This document shows positions 1 to 7,254 of a stretch of DNA of 32,000 bases, one piece after another. The notes beneath the pieces are model-generated. The model ran no database searches, was not told the origin of the DNA, and saw only the letters and a program-made list of their open reading frames with translations. Position 1 is the first letter of the stretch. Each line of letters starts with the position of its first letter. Both the position numbers and the translations under genes were made by a program. Source of the stretch: Gemmata obscuriglobus (GTDB lineage Bacteria; Planctomycetota; Planctomycetia; Gemmatales; Gemmataceae); assembly GCF_008065095.1 (NCBI RefSeq), contig NZ_CP042911.1, positions 7,590,001-7,622,000 of the forward strand, read 5' to 3'.

Positions 1-2250
1 GACGGCCGCGGTGCCGAGGGTGAACGACAGGGCCAGGGTGCCGGCCTCCATCACCAGCGCCTTGCCCAGCCCGTGGATCTTGTAGTTGCGGTAGAAGTCC
101 GGGGCCGCGGCCTTGAGCACCCGCTTGACCGCCTTCCGGGTGGCCGCGCCCTTCTGCCCGCGGATCATGGCCTGGATGGCGATCGAGCGGGCCTCGTCCT
201 TGAGGGCCTTGCCGAACCGCTCGAGGGGCGCGCCGACGGAGTCGAGCAGCGGCACCCGGCGGATCGCCTGCCCCAGCTTCTCGGCGGCCCACCCCGCGCC
301 CTGGACCGTGGACGAGCCGCCGGCCAGCCCGAGCGCGGCCGCGTCCCCGGCCCGCCGGGCGGCGGCCTTCGCGCCCCGCCCCGCCGCGGCCGCGGCCCGC
401 CGGGCGGCGAGCGTGCCCCGCGCGGTCTTCGGCGCGGGGGCAGCAGGGGCGGGAGCAGCGGGCGCGGCCGGTGCGGTCGGGGGGTTCGGCGGTTTCGGCG
501 CGGCCGGGGGCTTCGGCGCGGCGGGCGCCGGGGGCGGTGCGGGCGCCCGCACCGGGGCCGCCGGGCCGGCGGCGCGGGCCTTGGGCAGGGCGCCGCCCGC
601 GCGGGTCCGGGAGCTGAGCCGCTGGAACGACTCGAGTGTGAGCGACCGCTTCCCGCTGGCGCTCACCATGCGCGGGCCGGCGGGCGTGTTGGTCTGCTTC
701 CAGTCGTCCCACCCGAACACGTGCACCCGCTGTTCCGCGAACGGCACCGCCGCGCCACCGCCGGCGGACGGGTCGCCGGGCGGGAGCAGCGCGGGGTCGC
801 CCATTGATGGATCGGGCGGGAATTCGCCACCCATCCCCATGCCGCCCATGCCCATGCCGCCCATCGGGTCGGCGCTTGGGCCGGGCAGCTGGAGGGCGTC
901 GTCGGGGTCGTTCGGGTCCGCGAGCTGGAGGCTGAACGCCTTCGCGTAGTGCTTCTTGGACAGCGCGTTCGGGCCGGTGAACCCGATCGCCTGCGCCCCC
1001 TGCACCACCTGGAGCAGCTCGAGCAGCTCCTGGTTGCTGGCGGCCCCGAACGTGAGCTTGGGGTACGCCCCGCCGGCCGGGTACGGGTAGTTGAAGTCGA
1101 CGAACTTGGGGGCCAGCTGCTTGTTGACCGCGTCCGTCACCAGCGCCATCAGGAGCCACGGCACCAGGTCGGCGATCGACTTCTGGACCTTCGAGTCCCC
1201 GCGCAGCTCGGGGGCGGCGCTCACCAGGCTCTGGAGCGTGGCGAACGTGATCCCGCTGACCACCTCGTCCCGCTTGCTCTCGGCGAAGCTCTTGTAGTCC
1301 GGCTCCGAGGCGGCCGACAGGTTGATCGCCTCGATCCGCACCCCCTCGGGCACGGCGATCCAGGTGGCGCTCTTGGCCTTCCGCAGCGCGTCCTCCAGGG
1401 CCGGCTTGTCGTCGTCGCTCTGGTACGTGCCCATGAGCATGCCGGCCATGCGCTTCTCGTGGTGGATCACGCGGAGCTTGTCCACCGTGTCCAGCATCCA
1501 CCACGCGCCGTACGCCGGGCGGTACGCGGCGAGCCCGAGCGGCTCGTCGAACACCGTCATGTACCGGCTGAACACGAAGTCCTCAATGGGGTACGCGGGC
1601 TGCTCCGGCGCGCGCCGGGCCTGCACCCACTTGACGTTGCCGAAGGGGTCCCCGCCCAGCCGCACGTCGCCGCACGTGTCGTCGGTGTCCTTGGCCGACA
1701 GCTTGGTGCAGACGATGTGCTTCGCGAGCTTCCCCTGCCGGCCGGGGTTCCAGACGGGCTCGGCGAGCGAGTGCCCCTCGCTCCCGAGCGGGGCGCAGAC
1801 GGCCCGCACGACCGAGATGATGCCGCCCGCCAGGTAGTCCTCGATCATCGCCTTGAACGCGTCCGCCTGCTCCTCGCTCTCCGGGTTCCCCGGCTCCGAC
1901 GCCTGCACCTGCCAGTCCTCGGCCGCGACCGTCAGGATCGCCGGCTCCCAGGCCGTCGCGACCCACGGGCTGCGGCGCATGAGCCGCATGGCGGCGCGGA
2001 TCTCGGGCGTGTCCCGGGTGCCCGAGTCCAGGTACGGGTGGAACCACACCTTGCCGGCGATCCCGCCGCTGTAGTTGACCGGCACCTTCTCGTCCGACGA
2101 CGGGCGCGGCCGCCGGCGGGACTGCTCGATCTGGGCCTTGGCCGCGGAGATGATGCGGGCGGCCCGCTCCTCGGGCGTGGCCACGGCCGGGGCGTAGGTG
2201 CGGCGGTACGCGGGGAACAGGCTCGCGAGGCGGGACAGGACGGACGGCAC
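1..2250 (-). CDS. phage portal protein (3' end runs off the window)
   Basis: Absent from the ORF track because it is open at the window edge. My minus-strand translation from GTG at 2250 gives 750 uninterrupted codons with G/C-rich third positions (VPSVLSRLASLFPAYRR...RSPWVATAWEPAILTVAAEDWQVQ...GHSLAEPVW...YRPAYGAWWMLDTVDKLRVIHHEKRMAGML...). A portal-like core is followed by a Pro/Ala-rich tail. The 680-aa plus ORF at 949-2991 is its antisense shadow. Confidence 0.75.
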   Translation of the reverse strand, partial: MPSVLSRLASLFPAYRRTYAPAVATPEERAARIISAAKAQIEQSRRRPRPSSDEKVPVNYSGGIAGKVWFHPYLDSGTRDTPEIRAAMRLMRRSPWVATAWEPAILTVAAEDWQVQASEPGNPESEEQADAFKAMIEDYLAGGIISVVRAVCAPLGSEGHSLAEPVWNPGRQGKLAKHIVCTKLSAKDTDDTCGDVRLGGDPFGNVKWVQARRAPEQPAYPIEDFVFSRYMTVFDEPLGLAAYRPAYGAWWMLDTVDKLRVIHHEKRMAGMLMGTYQSDDDKPALEDALRKAKSATWIAVPEGVRIEAINLSAASEPDYKSFAESKRDEVVSGITFATLQSLVSAAPELRGDSKVQKSIADLVPWLLMALVTDAVNKQLAPKFVDFNYPYPAGGAYPKLTFGAASNQELLELLQVVQGAQAIGFTGPNALSKKHYAKAFSLQLADPNDPDDALQLPGPSADPMGGMGMGGMGMGGEFPPDPSMGDPALLPPGDPSAGGGAAVPFAEQRVHVFGWDDWKQTNTPAGPRMVSASGKRSLTLESFQRLSSRTRAGGALPKARAAGPAAPVRAPAPPPAPAAPKPPAAPKPPNPPTAPAAPAAPAPAAPAPKTARGTLAARRAAAAAGRGAKAAARRAGDAAALGLAGGSSTVQGAGWAAEKLGQAIRRVPLLDSVGAPLERFGKALKDEARSIAIQAMIRGQKGAATRKAVKRVLKAAAPDFYRNYKIHGLGKALVMEAGTLALSFTLGTAAV

Positions 2251-2298
2251 GGGAGGGCCTCGCGGCGGATGAGAGGGGTGCGGCTCGGCCGGGTGCGG

Positions 2299-2817
2299 CT
2301 ACTTGCCCGGCTTCTCGGCGGGCTTGGCCGCCAGTTGCTTCTCCAGTTCGGCCACCTTCCTGGTCAGGTCCGCGATCTCCTTGCGCCGCCCCTCGTCCAC
2401 CTGGGCGGCCGTGTCGGCATACGTCTTCTGCTGTGCCGCCTCGGCGCGGAGCCGCTCGACCTCCTCGCTCAGCACGCGCGCCTGCCGTCGGAACTCGTCC
2501 CGCTCGGCGCGGAGCTCCTGCAGCTCGGTCTCGTCCGGCTCCGGGGCGGCCGCGCCGTCCACCGCGGCCAGCACCCGGCCGCGCTCGTCCGTGAACGTGA
2601 CGGTGCCCGCGTTGGCCCGGCCGTTGTCGTGCCGGGCGGCGTGCTGCCCGAGCGCGTCCGGGAACCGCCCGGCCTTGCCCGCGTCCGGGCTCCACTCGGT
2701 CACCTGCCCGGTGCCGGTGACGACCTGGACCCCGCTGCCGTCGCTCGACAGCTTCGCGTCCAGGCTCACCGCGTAGTGCACCAGCCCGCCCTTCTCCCGC
2801 CTGATCGACACCGCCAT
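2299..2817 (-). CDS. hypothetical phage protein with C-terminal coiled coil
   Basis: Internal ATG at 2817 of track ORF 2299-3084 (MAVSIRREKGGLVHYAVSLDAKL...). GGAG lies upstream. The C-terminal heptad-like region is ELQELRAERDEFRRQARVLSEEVERLRAEAAQQ. The track's N-terminal extension runs into the array leader and is rejected. Confidence 0.6.
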   Translation of the reverse strand: MAVSIRREKGGLVHYAVSLDAKLSSDGSGVQVVTGTGQVTEWSPDAGKAGRFPDALGQHAARHDNGRANAGTVTFTDERGRVLAAVDGAAAPEPDETELQELRAERDEFRRQARVLSEEVERLRAEAAQQKTYADTAAQVDEGRRKEIADLTRKVAELEKQLAAKPAEKPGK

Positions 2818-2892
2818 GACCCGCTCCGAATGAGGTGCGCGCGGGCGCCGCGCCCGGAAACGCTGGAAGGAAGTGCCTTCAGTGTGCGGGAG

Positions 2893-2909
2893 CGGGTTGC
2901 CCGGATGAA
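2893..2909 (-). promoter_or_regulatory. conserved 17-nt motif GGGTTGCCCGGATGAAA (copy 1 of 3)
   Basis: The identical 17-mer occurs at 2893, 11249 and 28026. Each copy lies 46-76 nt upstream (minus sense) of a phage gene start (2817, 11179, 27978). Confidence 0.4.
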
Positions 2910-2986
2910 ATTGCGCGCGGTTCGACGGGTGAGGTGCCAGCGGAACAATACGGACGAACGGGCGCGCGGGCACTCGACCGAAAAGA

Positions 2987-3157
2987 AATGAGGGTCTTGA
3001 GCGCAGGCGACGACGCCGGTACACTTCTGGGCGTGCCGGCTCGGGCGGCGCGGAAGAACGCGTCGGCTCGCACGAGTGGGGCAATTGTTACCGGGCGCAG
3101 CATCGAAGTGCTCTTCCCGTTCGCACGGGCCGTTACCGTGTTATTGTGCGAGCCGTG
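2987..3157 (+). CDS. candidate 56-aa leader ORF (MRVLSAGDDAGTLLGVPARAARKNASARTSGAIVTGRSIEVLFPFARAVTVLLCEP)
   Basis: Conserved in both leaders. All six A/B differences between 3073 and 3127 fall on third codon positions and are synonymous in this frame. An antisense frame sharing the same wobble positions cannot be fully excluded. Confidence 0.35.
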
Positions 3158-3334
3158 AAGGGGCGAGTCGAAGTTTCGCACGGCCCATTACCGTGTTATT
3201 GCGCATATTGTGAAGACGCCCTTCACACGGTAACGATAAGGCCGGTCAGGAGTTCGGTCCCCGGCGCGCGGTGCGCTGGGTGAAATCATCCCGTGTTATT
3301 GCGCGAAGCCTCGCACACTAAACACTGGTTCGGC

Positions 3335-3569
3335 AACCATCGCGTGCAGGAGCGCGCGTGCGGCGCGTGGGCGTGTGGTCCGCGGTGGTAAAGCCCGTAT
3401 GTCGGGCTCCGCGTGGTGCCGGTGGTTGCGGGCGCGGCTCGTCGCCGCGAGGTGCGGTTGGTGCCGGCCTCCGGTGGGCCGGGACACGGTAGCGCGGGTC
3501 GGCGGTGGTGGCTCCGCGGATGCGCGGTACGAGCGCGGGCTCCGCGGAATCGCAACTGCCCGCGCAGAA
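3335..3569 (+). other. non-coding cassette NC-A1 (G/T-rich modular family; head, 1 module, tail type 1)
   Basis: Head CATCGCGTGCAGGAGCGCGCGTGCGG. One GCTCCGCGTGGTGCC...GCGCGGCTCGTCGCCGCGAGGTGCGGT module. The tail carries two TCCGCGGA palindromes. Confidence 0.7.
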
Positions 3570-3660
3570 GCCGAACCCGGCGCTGCACCTGACACCGCCC
3601 GCTAGTTTGTGACGCATTGCTGACTGTATGATGGCGGTGCAGGTGAGCTTTATGTTCGGC
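3570..3660 (+). repeat. attC-like site A1
   Basis: 91 nt, consensus arms, R'' GCCGAAC and R' GTTCGGC. Confidence 0.85.
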
Positions 3661-3670
3661 ACCAGAGGGC

Positions 3671-4012
3671 TTGCGCGTCGTGAAGGTGTATCTGGACGAC
3701 GAGCGTCCCACCCCGCCCGGCTGGGTGACCGTCCGCTGGCCGGACGAGGCCATCCGGCTGCTGGAGACCGGCCGGGTCACGGAGCTGAGCCTCGACCACG
3801 ACCTCGGGGACGACGCTCGGGGCACCGGGTACGCGGTCATCCTGTGGCTCGAGGAGGCGGTGGCCGTCCGCGGGTTCGTTCCGCCGACCATCACCGTCCA
3901 CACGGCCAACGCCTCGGCCCGGCAAAAGATGCTTCTCGGCGTCCGCAGCATCGAGCGCCTTGCCGAGCAAAGGCACGCCGAACCGGGCGGGGCACCGGAC
4001 CCGGCGGTGTAG
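3671..4012 (+). CDS. small REC-fold protein with DHDLG motif (resembles cyclic-phosphate-processing receiver-like family)
   Basis: Track ORF of 113 aa. TTG at 3671; the in-frame GTGs at 3680 and 3686 are more plausible starts. Pattern KVYLDDERPTPPGW...LSLDHDLGDD..GTGYAVILWLEE. The stop lies inside a decayed attC remnant. Confidence 0.6.
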   Translation: MRVVKVYLDDERPTPPGWVTVRWPDEAIRLLETGRVTELSLDHDLGDDARGTGYAVILWLEEAVAVRGFVPPTITVHTANASARQKMLLGVRSIERLAEQRHAEPGGAPDPAV

Positions 4013-4018
4013 TTCGTG
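3977..4018 (+). repeat. collapsed attC remnant
   Basis: GCCGAACCGGGCGGGGCACCGGACCCGGCGGTGTAGTTCGTG. The R'' and L'' arms are recognisable, the loop is lost and the R' has decayed to GTTCGTG. Confidence 0.5.
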
Positions 4019-4072
4019 TCGTGCGGCAGCTCCGCCGATGTGTCGCGGCATCCGTGGTCCCGGCGCAAGGCA

Positions 4073-4164
4073 GCCGAACCCGGCGCTGCACCTGACACCG
4101 CCAGGTGGTTTCCGACGCACCGCTCCCTGGGAGGGGGCGGTGCAGGTGAGCTTGATCGTTCGGC
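4073..4164 (+). repeat. attC-like site A2
   Basis: 92 nt, consensus arms. Confidence 0.85.
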
Positions 4165-4302
4165 CCCGCGCCGAGACCCACGGGGGTGGGCGCGATGTCG
4201 ATAGGGTAGCCAGCCCCCCATCCCAAGTGGCTGGCCCGACCCGCGCCCACCCCCGAGGCGCGAGCGGATCGGTGTAGCTCATCTGCCGGGCTGCATGAGC
4301 GG

Positions 4303-4345
4303 GGCCGAATGTGGAGCTCACCTTCACGGGCAGCCCATGTTCGGC
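4303..4345 (+). repeat. attC debris: inverted copy of an L'-R' arm plus a GTTCGGC core
   Basis: GCCGAATGTGGAGCTCACCT at 4303-4322 is the exact reverse complement of AGGTGAGCTCCACATTCGGC at 4431-4450. GTTCGGC lies at 4339-4345. Confidence 0.5.
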
Positions 4346-4360
4346 GTGGTGGGGCGCGGG

Positions 4361-4450
4361 GCCGAACCCTCCGCTGCACCAGACTCGCGCATGCAGAACT
4401 CGGGGATCGCCCCCTCCAGGGCGCGCGAGCAGGTGAGCTCCACATTCGGC
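4361..4450 (+). repeat. attC-like site A3 (divergent; R' is ATTCGGC)
   Basis: GCCGAACCCTCCGCTGCACCAGACTCGCGC...GCGCGCGAGCAGGTGAGCTCCACATTCGGC. The inner stem is replaced by a compensating TCGCGC/GCGCGA pair. Confidence 0.7.
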
Positions 4451-4771
4451 AACCCGAGGGCGCTGGATCGCGCGTGCGGCGGTGGTGGGCGTGTGGTCCG
4501 CGTGGGTGAACTCCGGTGTCGGGCTCCGCGTGGTGCCCGCCGGTGTGTGGCGCGGCTCATCGCCGCGAGGTCCGGTTGGGCGTGGTCGGCGGTGCATCGG
4601 ATCGGTGGTGCTCCGCGTGGTGCCCGTGGTTGGCGGGCGCGGCTCACCGCCGCGGGTGTCGGTGGTGGGCGGCCACCGGTGTGCCGCGGCACGGTGGTGC
4701 GGGTCGGTGGTGGCTCCGCGGATGCGCGGCGCGGGCGCGGGCTCCGCGGAACCGCGACGGTGGGCGCAGAA
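4451..4771 (+). other. non-coding cassette NC-A2 (head, 2 modules, tail type 1)
   Basis: GCGCGGCTC anchors at 4550 and 4637 (spacing 87). The tail carries two TCCGCGGA palindromes. Confidence 0.7.
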
Positions 4772-4861
4772 GCCGAACCCGGCGCTGCACCTGACACCGC
4801 CGGCTGATTCGGGAGGCATCGCTCATCGGGACGGGCGGTGCAGGTGAGCTGTATGTTCGGC
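4772..4861 (+). repeat. attC-like site A4
   Basis: 90 nt, consensus arms. Confidence 0.85.
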
Positions 4862-4889
4862 CCGGAGGCACGCGGATGGGGGGAGTCGC

Positions 4890-5240
4890 ATGAACCCACT
4901 GGATTCGCTGGCCGACCCTCGCTGGACAGCGGCGCTGACGCGAGTTGCCCACGAGTTGGTAAAATACACGCCGGAGCACTTCAAACTCATTCGCTGCGAG
5001 ATCCGGAGCCGTGACGGTGAGGCCGGGCGGGAGTTGGTCTACACGATCATCTGCCCCGATTTTCCGGACGAGTGGTCGGACACGCCAGGTAAGGATCTCC
5101 ACGCGGCCACTTGCGACCTCGTGCGGTGCTATGAGCGCGGCGGAGCTCCGTTCCCTGGGATGCGGATCGTGATCGAGGTTTTCCCCGACGGCCGGTGGCG
5201 GAACGGCTTTGAACTGTTGCCGGGCGTCACGGACGGCTGA
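4890..5240 (+). CDS. hypothetical cassette protein (tentatively YezG/DUF600-like immunity-protein pattern)
   Basis: Track ORF of 116 aa with an ATG start and its own stop 9 nt before the attC. ...ELVYTIICPDFPDEW...GMRIVIEVFPDGRWRNGFEL. Confidence 0.6.
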   Translation: MNPLDSLADPRWTAALTRVAHELVKYTPEHFKLIRCEIRSRDGEAGRELVYTIICPDFPDEWSDTPGKDLHAATCDLVRCYERGGAPFPGMRIVIEVFPDGRWRNGFELLPGVTDG

Positions 5241-5249
5241 GACATCACA

Positions 5250-5339
5250 GCCGAACCCGGCGCTGCACCGGACCGCTGTATAAGCGGTGATTTCACGACC
5301 GTGTCGCTCACACCGCGGCCGGTGAGCTTGTTGTTCGGC
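5250..5339 (+). repeat. attC-like site A5 (arm variant 2)
   Basis: GCACCGGACCGC...GCGGCCGGTGAGC. Both arms changed together. 90 nt. Confidence 0.8.
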
Positions 5340-5355
5340 AAGAGAGGCGCTCGCA

Positions 5356-5826
5356 GTGTTCGAGTTCCGGGTGACGAAGTACGACCCGGCCCACCGCGAT
5401 AGCCGCGGGGCGTACACGCGGGACGAGTGGATCGCCGTCAGCGACATCGGCCAAGCGTTCGGCGGGGTGGTCCTCACCGAAGCCGAGTATCGGCGGGTCG
5501 AGGATGCCTACGTCGCTGCCGCCATCGCGTTCTTACGGGAGGCAGGCGTCGAGGCGCTGTCCGTGGCCGGGCTGGAGAACCACGCCCGCGTGCCGCTGCC
5601 GTTCGCGGACGGGTCGTCGCTCGGGCTGGCCGAGGCGGGCGGTGTCGTCCGGCGGTTGCTGCGGGCGGAGTTCTGGTGCCGGCTGGAGGGCGCGGGGGCA
5701 TTCGTCCACGTCGGGTACGACTACTACATGTACGTCGGGGTGCCGGTGGCGTGCCCGGGCGCGGTTGCGGACGCCCGGCAACTCGGCCTGTTCCCCGAGC
5801 CGTTCCGGTCGCCGTACCACGAGTAA
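5356..5826 (+). CDS. hypothetical cassette protein
   Basis: Track ORF of 156 aa. GTG start 9 nt after AGAGAGG. Own stop. MFEFRVTKYDPAHRDSRGAYTRDEWIAVSDIG... Confidence 0.6.
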   Translation: MFEFRVTKYDPAHRDSRGAYTRDEWIAVSDIGQAFGGVVLTEAEYRRVEDAYVAAAIAFLREAGVEALSVAGLENHARVPLPFADGSSLGLAEAGGVVRRLLRAEFWCRLEGAGAFVHVGYDYYMYVGVPVACPGAVADARQLGLFPEPFRSPYHE

Positions 5827-5832
5827 AGGCAC

Positions 5833-5923
5833 GCCGAACCCGGCGCTGCACCTGACACCGCCCGCTAGACTGCGACGCTCCGCTCATCCGATGATGGCGG
5901 TGCAGGTGAGCTTTATGTTCGGC
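5833..5923 (+). repeat. attC-like site A6
   Basis: 91 nt, consensus arms. Confidence 0.85.
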
Positions 5924-6381
5924 AACCATCGCGTGCAGGAGCGCGCGTGCGGCGGCGCTGACGGTGTGGTCCGCGTGGGTGAACCTCGCGCGTCGGGCTC
6001 CGCGTGGTGCCGATCGGGTCTGGCGCGGCTCGCCGCCGCGAGCTTGCGGTGGGCGTGGCCGGCGGTATCGTGGGACACGGTAGTTCGGGGCGGTGGTGCT
6101 CCGCGTGGTGCCGTTCGGGGCCGGCGCGGCTCATCGCCGCGAGGTGCGGTTGGGCGTGGCGGGCAGTGCGTCGGGACACGGTGGTGCGAGTCGGTGGCGC
6201 TCCGCGTGGTGCCGATCGGGGCTGGCGCGGCTCGTCGCCGCGAGGTGCGGTGGTGGGTGGCCACCGGTGGGCCGGGACACGGCGCGCGGGGTCGGTGGTG
6301 CTCCGCCCGCCCGCATCGGTGGCACGTGCTCCGCGGAGCCGCGGTGCTCGGCGTGCGACCCGGAACCGCGGTGGTCCGCGA
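5924..6381 (+). other. non-coding cassette NC-A3 (head, 3 modules, tail type 2)
   Basis: GCGCGGCTC anchors at 6023, 6124 and 6225. The spacing is 101 and 101 nt, not a multiple of 3. Confidence 0.75.
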
Positions 6382-6472
6382 GCCGAACCCGGCGCTGCAC
6401 CTGACACCGCCGGCTGATTCGGGACGCACTGCTCATCCGGTGGTGGCGGTGCAGGTGAGCTATTTGTTCGGC
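6382..6472 (+). repeat. attC-like site A7
   Basis: 91 nt, consensus arms. Confidence 0.85.
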
Positions 6473-6806
6473 ACCCAGAAGGGCGCTTGATCGCGCGTGC
6501 GGTGGTGTGCGTGTGGTCCGCGTGGGTGTACCTCGCGCGTCGTGCTCCGCGTGGTGCCGATCGGGTCTGGCGCGGCTCGCCGCCGCGAGGTGCGGTTGGG
6601 CATGGTCCGTGATGTGCGGCGACACGGTGGTGCGGGTCGGTGGTGCTCCGCGTGGTGCCCGCCGGTGGTGGGCGCGGCTCATCGCCGCGGGTGGCGGTGG
6701 TGGGCGGCCACCGGTGTGCCGCGGCACGGCGCGCAGGGGCGGTGGTGGCTCCGCGGATGCGCGGTACGAGCGCGGGCTCCGCGGAACCGCAACGGCCCGC
6801 GCAGAA
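6473..6806 (+). other. non-coding cassette NC-A4 (head, 2 modules, tail type 1)
   Basis: Same family. Module spacing is 102 nt. Confidence 0.7.
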
Positions 6807-6897
6807 GCCGAACCCGGCGCTGCACCTGACACCGCCATCTGATCCGGGACGCATCGCTCATCGTGTGATGGCGGTGCAGGTGAGCTTTATGTTCGGC
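6807..6897 (+). repeat. attC-like site A8
   Basis: 91 nt, consensus arms. Confidence 0.85.
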
Positions 6898-7254
6898 AAC
6901 CATCGCGCGCGTGAGGGCGCGTGTGGTGCTGGGCGTGTGATCCGCGCGGGTGAACCCCGCGTGTGGCGCTCCGCGTGGCGCCCGTGGGTGTGTGTCGCGG
7001 CTCATCGCCGCGAGGTGCGGTTGGTCGTGGCCGGGCGCGGGTGCGGACACGGTGATTGGGGGTCGGTGGTGCTCCGCGTAGTGCCCGTGGGTGGTCGGCG
7101 CGGCTCATCGCCGCGAGGTGCGGTGGTGGGCGGCCCCCGATGTGTGGCGACACGGCGTGCGGAGTCGGTGGTGCTCCGCCCGCCCGCACTGGTGGCGCGG
7201 CCTCCGCGGATGCGCGGCGCTCGGCGTATCGCCCGGAACCGCCGAGGGCATCGA
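6898..7254 (+). other. non-coding cassette NC-A5 (head, 2 modules, tail type 2)
   Basis: Same family. Anchors at 6995 and 7098 (spacing 103 nt). Confidence 0.7.

Larger units (their letters stand above)
2881..3334 (+). other. array leader copy A (attI-like region ending in the GTTCGGC core)
   Basis: About 90 percent identical to 11237-11688. Contains three direct copies of CCGTGTTATTG plus one inverted TTACCGTGT copy and several hairpins. It ends with GGTTCGGC exactly where the first cassette starts. Confidence 0.7.

Noticed and set aside
2893-2930. Reading TTGCCC within the 17-mer as a plus-strand -35 box of a cassette promoter.
   Set aside because: No plausible -10 element lies at 16-18 nt in either leader, and planctomycete promoter rules are uncertain. 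Left as an unassigned conserved motif.
949-2991. 680-aa plus-strand ORF, with companions at 73-807, 113-949, 1322-1837 (+) and 1583-2695 (-).
   Set aside because: They lie antisense or out of frame to the portal gene, which has the G/C-rich third positions and a portal-like sequence. Their translations are Arg/Gly/Pro-rich and low in complexity, typical of shadow ORFs in high-GC DNA.
2299-3084. Full 261-aa version of the minus ORF, and minus ORF 10775-11593 (272 aa).
   Set aside because: Their N-terminal parts are translations of the array leaders, which are homologous at the DNA level between A and B and carry a 1-nt indel. The genes behind them are unrelated. Shorter internal starts (2817, 11179) are used instead.
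5913-6854. Long minus-strand ORFs with a recurring TAPRGDEPR...TGTTRSTTDP motif (also 3650-4819, 14858-15703, 17863-18630, 18332-20182 and others). Many plus-strand ORFs over the same DNA (VLRVVP.G.GAARRREVR, APRGARGW.ARLIAARCGW).
   Set aside because: - They run straight through attC sites and several cassettes.
- All six frames are open there, because the plus strand is A-poor.
- Homologous modules differ by 1-nt indels (101, 102 or 103), so the motif changes frame.
- I read them as compositional artefacts of the non-coding cassette family.
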